From IMG/VR virus record IMGVR_UViG_3300005805_000456, positions 1 through 25,014 of that record: a stretch of 25,014 nucleotides of DNA. One strand, 5' to 3'. Shown piece after piece: positions 8,355-16,107 of this stretch. The position numbers and the translations under genes were made by a program. The first letter of the stretch is position 1, and every line of letters starts with the position of its first letter. The notes beneath the pieces were generated by a model. The model worked only from the letters and a program-made list of their open reading frames with translations, ran no database searches and was not told the origin of the DNA. This DNA is from a virus (lineage: Duplodnaviria > Caudoviricetes).

Positions 8355-10238
8355 TTATAATTCTTCCAATAAAACATTCTCATCAAGTAAAGATGACTCA
8401 TCTTTTTTCTCTTCACGTTTCTTCAAACTTTCAGATATGATAGATTTTGTCTTTACTTTAATTCCGCTCATACTTTGAATCATCTTTTCCATGTCTCTCG
8501 AAAGTTCTTGACCCTCTAAGGCAAGCGGTGATCCACCCTTATAATTATGAGATATTTTCTTATCCAATGACATAGATTTTGAAATATCTTTTTTACCAAT
8601 AGGATCTCTACCAAATGGACTATTATCAGTTCCATATGTTGAACCGTGTTCAGGTGGTCTTCCTGCTCCTGGCCATCCACCTTCTGGAACTTCTACATCA
8701 TTTAGTTTTCTTACGTTTTTACCACCACTTAAATTCATTGTAGCTAAATCATGTGGTGTACCAAATGATTCCTTGGTGATCGCCGGATCGTTTCCTTCAC
8801 TCTCAATTTGAGCTTGACGGAATTTCAACTTAAGATCCTCAATAACCTCATTACGTTCAAATTCTGCTTCGTCATCTGAAAGATTGAAGATGTTCTTGTA
8901 GATATACTTCAGTGAAAGAAGTTTCGCTTCGATCAAGGAGTTTGACAAATCTACACGTTCCTTCATAAGTGCGATTTTTTCTTGTTCATATACAATAGAA
9001 GGACCAGTTAGACTTAATTCGAAATTAACAAGATCCGCATTCTCATATCCCTGAGCATATAAGTGTGCGATTGCAATCTTTGTCAACTCTGAAACAACAA
9101 TACGTTGGATTCTTTCAATTGTTCTTGCAAAACGAATATCGAGGGCTGCAAGAGTTGCCTTTCCTTCTAAACCTTCGTCATAGCCAAGGAATGCCTTTGG
9201 AATTTTAAGAGCTGCAAATATCTTACCCTTTAAGTATTCAACGTCTTCAATTGCTTGATATTGAAGTCCAGGTAGTGTTTCGATTGCAGTTCCAGCTTGA
9301 CCACCACGAACAGGAAGATAGAAGTCTTCCAAGATGTTTTGCATATTATAACGAAGATTGTACTGCCCTGTTTGTTCGTTTACCACAGGTGTTTTCTTCA
9401 TTTGATTCATGATGTTTTGCATATACTGGTCAACTTCCGCTGGTGGGATGTTACCAATATCAATCTTGAAGATACGCTTTTCAGGGGCTCTCATGATACG
9501 GTGAATCAACATCGCGTCTTCCATAAGAACAAGTTGCTTGTAAAGTTTACGAGCACCTTCTAACATCGACTTACCATAAGGTAAGAAGTTTGTATCACCA
9601 ATCAATCGGAAGTGAGCAATTTCATAATTCTGGAACTCACCTTTACCAAGTGGACCTTCATAGATAAACTTGGTCATGTAAATATGTTCGGGGTCTGTTC
9701 CTTCATCACGTTGCATTTCATACGGTGAAAGTGGAACAACGTTTGTTACACCGAGACCGTCTTTAATATCCAAGTAGAGGTAGTGATCTCCGTACTTACA
9801 AAGATTACGAACCCAAGGCCATAGATTATATTCAATGTTCAGAATATCGTAAAACAAGTTTTGAAGAATTTTACGGATGTTATCATTATCTGTTTTGATA
9901 GTAAGAACATTACCAATGTCATTCTTCAACGTAGATTCATCTGAATAGATGTCAAGTGCAGATGATATAATGGCATCTGTGTCCATTGCCTCATAGTCTG
10001 TGTAAAGGTCAATCTTTGTTGCAGAGAATGAGTTATACTGATTATAAACAGAGATAGGGGTTCCACGGGTTCCGTGTAACCTACCGTATCTGTCAATTAC
10101 TTTTGACGTGTGTGGATTACCATCGGCTTGATAACGCGCAGTATCTACTACTCGTAACTTCTTTCCACCAACGTTTCTTACGATAACGTTAGTTGAAAAG
10201 AGGGTTTTTAATCTATCGAAAATTGACTTCTGTGCCAT
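8355..10238 (-). CDS. gp20: Portal protein, T4 gp20-like
   Basis: YEAMDTDAIISSALDIYSDE, EDAMLIHRIMRAPEKRIFKIDIGNIPP, EDFYLPVRGG, IETLPG, ALKIPKAFL; directly downstream of terminase. Confidence 0.95.
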   Translation of the reverse strand: MAQKSIFDRLKTLFSTNVIVRNVGGKKLRVVDTARYQADGNPHTSKVIDRYGRLHGTRGTPISVYNQYNSFSATKIDLYTDYEAMDTDAIISSALDIYSDESTLKNDIGNVLTIKTDNDNIRKILQNLFYDILNIEYNLWPWVRNLCKYGDHYLYLDIKDGLGVTNVVPLSPYEMQRDEGTDPEHIYMTKFIYEGPLGKGEFQNYEIAHFRLIGDTNFLPYGKSMLEGARKLYKQLVLMEDAMLIHRIMRAPEKRIFKIDIGNIPPAEVDQYMQNIMNQMKKTPVVNEQTGQYNLRYNMQNILEDFYLPVRGGQAGTAIETLPGLQYQAIEDVEYLKGKIFAALKIPKAFLGYDEGLEGKATLAALDIRFARTIERIQRIVVSELTKIAIAHLYAQGYENADLVNFELSLTGPSIVYEQEKIALMKERVDLSNSLIEAKLLSLKYIYKNIFNLSDDEAEFERNEVIEDLKLKFRQAQIESEGNDPAITKESFGTPHDLATMNLSGGKNVRKLNDVEVPEGGWPGAGRPPEHGSTYGTDNSPFGRDPIGKKDISKSMSLDKKISHNYKGGSPLALEGQELSRDMEKMIQSMSGIKVKTKSIISESLKKREEKKDESSLLDENVLLEEL

Positions 10239-10266
10239 TTGTTACCTGTTTGTTTATTACTACACG

Positions 10267-10280
10267 ATAAATATAAATAT
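10267..10280 (-). promoter_or_regulatory. Two overlapping ATATTTAT motifs upstream of portal
   Basis: Minus strand ATATTTATATTTAT in the terminase-portal gap, 28 nt upstream of the ATG. Confidence 0.6.
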
Positions 10281-10304
10281 CTACTAATTGAATATAACCT
10301 CAAT

Positions 10305-11894
10305 TTATAGGAGCCAAGTTAAATCTTCATTCGGTTTATTTACACCTGCATCCATTGACCAACCAGATTGTTTCTTTGCATCAATTGCATTTGCTGAATT
10401 ATATACCTGTGTTGATTTTTTCATATAATCTAATGCTAATTTTGTTTTAGCCATACCTTCTTGACGTAGTTTCAAGGCAGTATCACGTACCCATAATCCA
10501 ATTGCAAATGACATTACCAAATCGTCATTATACCCACTTTGTGCTTCCGCTCTACCACCTGTCCAAATGAATACAAACATTTCTTCTGCAAGACGATTTG
10601 ACTTTATAATTGGAACTCGTTCTCTGAAATACATCTCGTACTTTGAAACAAGTAGTGGTCTTGTCTTTGAGCTGTTTGTAAATCCAGGAACCATTTGTGA
10701 CTTATCTTTAATATCATACCCTTTTGGAATATGTACAGATGGATCAGTATAACCATCTTCTTTGTAAGTATAGTAAAGATTTGGATAACCTCGGTCAATT
10801 ATCTGTTGAATAACTGCCCAACCAATGTTTGCATTTTCAACTACAAGTAAGGCATCATTGTATTCCGTTGCAATAGATACAAGAAGATTACCAAAAGACT
10901 TTGTATCTAACTTACCCTGATACTCTGCAACTTGTTCTACATTTTCAATGTCTATAACATGAAATGTAGAAAAGTCCTTACCATCTCCACGGGCTACGTC
11001 AGCAGAAATCATGTAAGATTTATTAGGATCGGGATCATCCCATATCCAAAGAGCACCTTCGGCACCTCTCTTCTCTCTTGGTTCCGTTATATACGTTTTC
11101 TGATACCAGTCGATGATATTACCATCAACAACAGAATGACCAGATGAAAGGAAGTCACCATCACACTCTTGGGCAGCAAGTGCCGGACCAAGAATGATGT
11201 CTTGTTGGTCTCTCCAAGCTTGGTCACGTTCAGGGTGAACTGTCCAATGAAGGAAGATTGGATTAAATGCACTTCTACCAGTCTTTGCGTTGACCCACTG
11301 TTTGTGATAAAAATTACCAACCCCGTTAGGAGTCGAGTTGATAATTGCAGAACCACCAGTGTTGATTGTAGACTGTGCAGAGGCCCAAATTTCCTCGATG
11401 TTATCAATGAAGGCTCCCTCGTCAATAATAAGAAGTGAAAGAGCTTCCGAACGAGCAGCATCAGCTGCGGCAGATACAGCCTTTATCTGTGAACCATTCT
11501 TGAAACGAAGTGACAATTTGTTATCTTCAATTACAGAGGTTTTTAACCATGATGGAAGATTATCATACATAACTCTAACCTTTGTTACAAGGTTCTTTGC
11601 AGTTTCTTGTTTTGTAGCAATAACGAGGATGTTTTGGTCTGTTTGAAATAACATCAACCAAAGAGAATAACCAGCAATAAGAGTAGATATACCTAACTGA
11701 CGTGACTTCAAACAAATGTTATATCTGTGATCTTGGAAATCACGAAGTACGTCTTCCTGAAAGTTCCATAGTTCAAATAGAATTTTACCACGAACAGGGT
11801 GTTGAATCTTGGCATACTTTTTCATAAAGTATACCGGATCGGATGCACACTTTACATACTCTTGTTTTATTATGTCTCTTATGTTATGACTCAT
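10305..11894 (-). CDS. gp17: Terminase large subunit, T4 gp17-like
   Basis: KSRQLGIST (Walker A), LLIIDEGAF (Walker B), STPNG (motif III), ADVARGDGKDFS and NDDLVMS (nuclease acidic residues). Start ATG 11894 overlaps the upstream TGA (ATGA). Confidence 0.95.
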   Translation of the reverse strand: MSHNIRDIIKQEYVKCASDPVYFMKKYAKIQHPVRGKILFELWNFQEDVLRDFQDHRYNICLKSRQLGISTLIAGYSLWLMLFQTDQNILVIATKQETAKNLVTKVRVMYDNLPSWLKTSVIEDNKLSLRFKNGSQIKAVSAAADAARSEALSLLIIDEGAFIDNIEEIWASAQSTINTGGSAIINSTPNGVGNFYHKQWVNAKTGRSAFNPIFLHWTVHPERDQAWRDQQDIILGPALAAQECDGDFLSSGHSVVDGNIIDWYQKTYITEPREKRGAEGALWIWDDPDPNKSYMISADVARGDGKDFSTFHVIDIENVEQVAEYQGKLDTKSFGNLLVSIATEYNDALLVVENANIGWAVIQQIIDRGYPNLYYTYKEDGYTDPSVHIPKGYDIKDKSQMVPGFTNSSKTRPLLVSKYEMYFRERVPIIKSNRLAEEMFVFIWTGGRAEAQSGYNDDLVMSFAIGLWVRDTALKLRQEGMAKTKLALDYMKKSTQVYNSANAIDAKKQSGWSMDAGVNKPNEDLTWLL

Positions 11895-12265
11895 CGAGTT
11901 GCTATAAAAACTATAACTGTTGTTAAAACACCAGCACCGAACCAAAGACGATTATCGTCATACCATTTTGGTGTTAATTGTTCAACTTGTCTTTTTAGTT
12001 GATCATTTTGTCTGTTTACTAAATCAAGTGTTTGTTCACGATTAATTAGTTGTTGTTCGAATAAACTAATTCTATCAGAATATGTACCTATCAATCTATC
12101 TTGTGCTGAAATAATTGATGACTTATATTTGGAAGAGTCTTGTAGTAATTGAATTCTATTTGCAAGGATTAAAATTTCTGGTTTTGATAAACACATAACA
12201 GAGTCTTTCTGTCCGTATGCGACTGATGAACATAAGATCATCATTAATATCCATAACATTTTCAT
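11891..12265 (-). CDS. Exported coiled-coil protein with C-terminal TM helix (spanin-like candidate)
   Basis: Signal peptide MKMLWILMMILCSSVAYG|Q, heptad-rich middle, hydrophobic C-terminus LWFGAGVLTTVIVFIATR. Confidence 0.7.
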   Translation of the reverse strand: MKMLWILMMILCSSVAYGQKDSVMCLSKPEILILANRIQLLQDSSKYKSSIISAQDRLIGTYSDRISLFEQQLINREQTLDLVNRQNDQLKRQVEQLTPKWYDDNRLWFGAGVLTTVIVFIATR

Positions 12266-12266
12266 A

Positions 12267-12593
12267 TCATTTCCTTATGAAGTCAAAAATAAACTTAGCG
12301 GCAGAATCTGAACTCTTTATTTCTGGTCTTTGTTGAGACGGGAAGTTATTTATGATGTTTGTTACATCACTCGTCTGATTCTCTAAAAGGGAATCTAGTT
12401 CATTTGCCTTTGTAGTTAGTACATCATTTTCTCTATTCTTAACAGAGATTTCAACGTTTAAACTATCTATAATTCTTTGATTTTTTGCAAGGAACAATTC
12501 ATTTTGGTATTTGTCATACAAAGACAAACCGATTGTACCGATTATTATACCCAACAAAAAAATAAACTGTTTTGTCTTTACTATCTCGATAAT
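12267..12593 (-). CDS. N-terminal TM plus coiled-coil protein (i-spanin-like candidate); start uncertain
   Basis: FIFLLGIIIGTIGLSLY TM segment then heptads. There is no in-frame ATG/GTG after the upstream stop; the ORF-track start at 12689 overlaps the previous gene. Confidence 0.6.
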   Translation of the reverse strand: MIEIVKTKQFIFLLGIIIGTIGLSLYDKYQNELFLAKNQRIIDSLNVEISVKNRENDVLTTKANELDSLLENQTSDVTNIINNFPSQQRPEIKSSDSAAKFIFDFIRK

Positions 12594-12609
12594 CCAATGT
12601 AGGGTTGGA

Positions 12610-12954
12610 TTATTTCTTTGGATAAGTTGAAACCATTTTTGCTTTGCCACGACCAGTAGCTCCTTTCTTACGTTTTCTCGTAACTGCACTTCTTTTTTGT
12701 TTTTTACTCATACCCGATGCTTTTGATGCAGGTACACATTTTGGATAGGCACGTTTACCACCTTTTCTAGCTTTTGTACCAGCGGATGCACCACATGGAG
12801 GATGACCACCTGACTTTGTTTTTCTACTAATGTCTACCCATTTTTCTTTAAACCACTTACGAAGACCACCAGAAGGTTTCTTTCCTTCCATAAGATAGCC
12901 TTTAACGTATTCACGTATAACTAAACGGGCAATATGTTCTTGACATGGTGTCAT
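12610..12954 (-). CDS. Small very basic protein (GLRKWFKEKWVD...CG...YPKCVP family)
   Basis: K/R/G-rich. I recognise this motif from T4-like phage and giant-virus hypotheticals. Start ATG 12954 lies 4 nt after ATATTTAT. Confidence 0.78.
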   Translation of the reverse strand: MTPCQEHIARLVIREYVKGYLMEGKKPSGGLRKWFKEKWVDISRKTKSGGHPPCGASAGTKARKGGKRAYPKCVPASKASGMSKKQKRSAVTRKRKKGATGRGKAKMVSTYPKK

Positions 12955-12958
12955 ACAG

Positions 12959-12966
12959 ATAAATAT
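12959..12966 (-). promoter_or_regulatory. ATATTTAT motif immediately before an ATG (possible leaderless transcript)
   Basis: Minus strand ATATTTAT-CTGT-ATG within a 19-nt gap. Confidence 0.6.
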
Positions 12967-12973
12967 ACTAAAC

Positions 12974-14569
12974 TTAAGGTAATTTAACAAATCTATTCAT
13001 TTTAGTGAAAACTTGATTACCAAATGGATTAAAATCTTCTCTTGGTTCTGTTGTTAAATACAAGTCTATTGTTTGTAACTTTTTACGAAGTCTTCCATTG
13101 AACCATCTGTCTATATATTGATTAAATTCCGTGATCTTTTGATCTAATATCTGTTCAAATGGTCCTCTCATTATTTCAAACCCACGTTGCTTTGGTGAAG
13201 TTATATTGAAAGGTGGACCAGCCCATATTGAATTGTTACTTTCAATTGGATCTCTAAATGTAAAGATGTTTTTTGGTAAACCTATATCATTTGGTGCATC
13301 TACGAATCTAACTTGTGTACGATCCCAGAATGGAAATAAACCATCATTTTGCATATCTAATGTTATGTAAAACTGATATTCATCTGTTCCGTCTATTCTT
13401 CGTATTACCTGTTCACGTAATTCTATTTTTATATTCAAGTAACTATTTCTATAACCAGGTTCAAATCTATTTTGAGTTCTTTGACGTGAGTCAACAATAA
13501 GATTTGGTTTAAATCTGTTCTGTGAAAGTTTTTGACGTATTATATTTGCAAAAAATTCTTGAGTTTCTGAATCTTGATTTATGTAAATTTGATCTATTGG
13601 TCTTAGATTTCCGTCCGAACCAACATTTACATATTCTATGAATTTATTATCTGGGCAAACATCAAATCCAGTTGATGCATCAAAACAAGGATCAGCTAAT
13701 CCAGAAACTATATTGTTGACTCTTGCTAAAAGTTCATTTGCCTTTCTCGGTATTATCTTTCCAGATGCAAGTGCGTCATTTATTAACTTTTTAAGATTTT
13801 CTATCGCGGCATTTACTTTGTCTTGTGTTTGACCAACTGCATCGGCTTCTGCTTTCGCAACTGCATCGTTTAATGCGTTGACGGTTGCAATATCGTTTCC
13901 ATCTTGATCTTTACCACTTGTTCCACTAGTCCCACTTGTTCCGCTTGTTCCGCTTGTTCCAGCACCACCATCAGGAGATTCACCTCCACCCAAATTTATA
14001 TTTGGAAATGGTATTGCTGGCATACTTAACATAGAATTCCATGGCAATACTAATGGAATTGGTGAGGGGACACCTGGAACAAGTCCACTATAAATTCCCA
14101 TGACTGTTAATTGATGTTTTACAAGTGAATTAGCAAGAGCAGATAATGCCTGTTCTACATTTGTATTTTCGAATGTTTTTTTCAATTCCATGTCAAAACC
14201 AACCGGAATGCCGGGGAAGAGGACTTGACAACCGGTTGTTGGCGCAACCATAGGTGGCATAGGTGGAAGTGGTGTAAATGTTGAACCCACCCAATACATA
14301 CAAAATCCAGTTGCCATCAATGTAAATCCAGGTGTTATACCTGGGGGTTTTGCTTTTAGTCCAAAATTTACTTTAAGACCATCAGATAAAAACTTCTTTA
14401 AAGTTTGTTTATCGCCTTTTATAAGTTTTGCACCAAAGATAGGACCACTACTTGCAATGTTTGATAAGTCATACGCTGTTGCTATTTTATCAGCAGCATC
14501 GTCTAAATTATTTACAGACCAAGTGTTCCAATATGGACGTAACAGTGATTTAAATAACTCAACATTCAT
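12974..14569 (-). CDS. Hypothetical multi-domain protein with Pro-rich N-domain and GTS linker
   Basis: 531-aa ORF; YWVGSTFTPLPPMPP, (GTS)5 linker, distinct C-terminal region; no recognisable catalytic motif. Confidence 0.8.
   Translation of the reverse strand: MNVELFKSLLRPYWNTWSVNNLDDAADKIATAYDLSNIASSGPIFGAKLIKGDKQTLKKFLSDGLKVNFGLKAKPPGITPGFTLMATGFCMYWVGSTFTPLPPMPPMVAPTTGCQVLFPGIPVGFDMELKKTFENTNVEQALSALANSLVKHQLTVMGIYSGLVPGVPSPIPLVLPWNSMLSMPAIPFPNINLGGGESPDGGAGTSGTSGTSGTSGTSGKDQDGNDIATVNALNDAVAKAEADAVGQTQDKVNAAIENLKKLINDALASGKIIPRKANELLARVNNIVSGLADPCFDASTGFDVCPDNKFIEYVNVGSDGNLRPIDQIYINQDSETQEFFANIIRQKLSQNRFKPNLIVDSRQRTQNRFEPGYRNSYLNIKIELREQVIRRIDGTDEYQFYITLDMQNDGLFPFWDRTQVRFVDAPNDIGLPKNIFTFRDPIESNNSIWAGPPFNITSPKQRGFEIMRGPFEQILDQKITEFNQYIDRWFNGRLRKKLQTIDLYLTTEPREDFNPFGNQVFTKMNRFVKLP
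13913..13960. repeat. 9-bp tandem repeat encoding GTSGTSGTSGTSGTSG
   Basis: ccacttgttccactagtcccacttgttccgcttgttccgcttgttcc on the + strand. Confidence 0.85.
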
Positions 14570-14571
14570 GT

Positions 14572-15144
14572 TTATGTCTTATCTATTGCACCCTTACCAC
14601 TCGAAGGCCATCCGAATCTACAAGACCAGTATCTTGGTGTTGTTCTATCTTTTGCAGTATGACATTTATGCCTTGCACGGAATGATCTACGTCTTGCTGC
14701 ATTTGATTTTTTAATCTTCATGGTCTTCTTACCACCTTCACCTTTATGACCGAAGTTTACTTTTACAACATTACCCTTTGGGTTCTTCACATAAACAGCA
14801 AACTTCTTTGGACCACCAGCGGTTCTGAATGGTTTACCCAACGATACCTTACGTCCACGGTATTCTGCTTCACCTAAAACTTGTGTGCCTGCCTCTTGAA
14901 TACCAAAATGAAGTTCTGTTATTTTGCCGCAGCTATTTGTACTGTACCCTTCAAGACGATAAACGGGATTCTCAATCGTAACAGATTCATTACGATACCC
15001 ACCACCGGCAGCTTTGTATGCCTTTACAAGAGCGGCTGATGCATATGCGGATGGCCACACTTTGAACTTTTTCTTTATACGTGATTTAACACTACTATAA
15101 AGTTTCTTATTTGTTGGAACCGATCTTTCAATTACAATACTCAT
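14572..15144 (-). CDS. Basic two-domain protein (PSAYAS..LVK.YK..GG.Y domain plus KVNFG...SFRARHKC...YWSC domain)
   Basis: Both motifs resemble conserved viral hypothetical families as I recall them; VLGE|AEY junction; AGGAG SD. Confidence 0.8.
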   Translation of the reverse strand: MSIVIERSVPTNKKLYSSVKSRIKKKFKVWPSAYASAALVKAYKAAGGGYRNESVTIENPVYRLEGYSTNSCGKITELHFGIQEAGTQVLGEAEYRGRKVSLGKPFRTAGGPKKFAVYVKNPKGNVVKVNFGHKGEGGKKTMKIKKSNAARRRSFRARHKCHTAKDRTTPRYWSCRFGWPSSGKGAIDKT

Positions 15145-15440
15145 TTACGTCTCCTACGTCTTGGTGTTTCTTCTTCCCAACGGTTGTAAGGTTCATCAGA
15201 AACTTCTTCTGTTTCTTTCGGTGATCCAAACTTTTGACCAAATTGCTCAGAGGCAACTGAAAATAATCCACCTAAAACAATCCACATGAATCCTTCAAAA
15301 ATGAACTGTTGGATTTCTCTTCCCATAAATATACTTGCCCATGCAATCAATAACATCACAAGAAAAGATAAAAATGTCATGGTTCGTTTAGATGATACAC
15401 CACCACCAACGCCACTAAATATTTCACGAATTATTTTCAC
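15141..15440 (-). CDS. Two-TM membrane protein, holin-like candidate
   Basis: VSSKR followed by two hydrophobic helices and a charged C-tail ending RRRRRK; probable GTG start at 15440 after GAGG. Confidence 0.6.
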   Translation of the reverse strand: MKIIREIFSGVGGGVSSKRTMTFLSFLVMLLIAWASIFMGREIQQFIFEGFMWIVLGGLFSVASEQFGQKFGSPKETEEVSDEPYNRWEEETPRRRRRK

Positions 15441-16071
15441 TCGGTTCAACCTCTTCTCCAATTTCACCGCTAAGTTCTTTTTCTAATTTCTCGATAAAGT
15501 CCTTGCGGAAGTTTTCAAATTCTTCTTCTATCTTTTGTAAAATTTGTTCCTTACTCACACCAGTGTCCCATTTTTCAGAATCACCAAATGAGTTTGCAAA
15601 TTCAACCTTTGATAGTTCTTCAGCTATTAGATTTTTATCTCTTTCAGCTTCTTTCAACCATGATAATGCGTTTTGTCTCAACTTTTCCTTTTCGTACTCG
15701 TCCCATTTCTTTTCCAACTTAATCTTATGTTCCATCTCAATTACACAGTCAAAACACATTCCATGTATAGCTTTCATTTTTTCATCTAATCTCTTAGGCA
15801 TACTACAAGTACAAAATTCTTTTTGGCAATTTGGAAATGTGTTTAAATACTCATGTAGTTCCTGTTGCCATTGTTTTCCAAGTTTTACTGAATATCCTTC
15901 CTTTTGTTCCCACTCGTTTCCATCTGAATCAAACCACTTTTCACCGACTGATCGTGTAACCTTTGGTTCTTCTTTTGGAACATATCCAACTTGAAGTTTA
16001 TTTTGTGCCTCGTGTTTTCCTGCAAGAATATCTTTAACATCTTGAACACTATCTATTTTAATATCTGACAT
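15424..16071 (-). CDS. Hypothetical protein with Cys cluster (putative Zn-binding)
   Basis: CQKEFCTC...HGMCFDC; VGEKWFDSDGNEWEQKEG; GGTGG SD upstream. Confidence 0.8.
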   Translation of the reverse strand: MSDIKIDSVQDVKDILAGKHEAQNKLQVGYVPKEEPKVTRSVGEKWFDSDGNEWEQKEGYSVKLGKQWQQELHEYLNTFPNCQKEFCTCSMPKRLDEKMKAIHGMCFDCVIEMEHKIKLEKKWDEYEKEKLRQNALSWLKEAERDKNLIAEELSKVEFANSFGDSEKWDTGVSKEQILQKIEEEFENFRKDFIEKLEKELSGEIGEEVEPSENNS

Positions 16072-16107
16072 ATACCACCAAATTAAATGAAACTATATCT
16101 ATAACTA

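Noticed and set aside
11895-11945. N-terminal extension of terminase in the ORF track (likewise the 2588, 3638, 6632, 12990, 15467 and 24096 starts)
   Set aside because: These overlap upstream genes or SD motifs; the downstream starts fit better.
15424-16071. Terminase small subunit assignment
   Set aside because: No recognisable similarity to T4 gp16; left as hypothetical.
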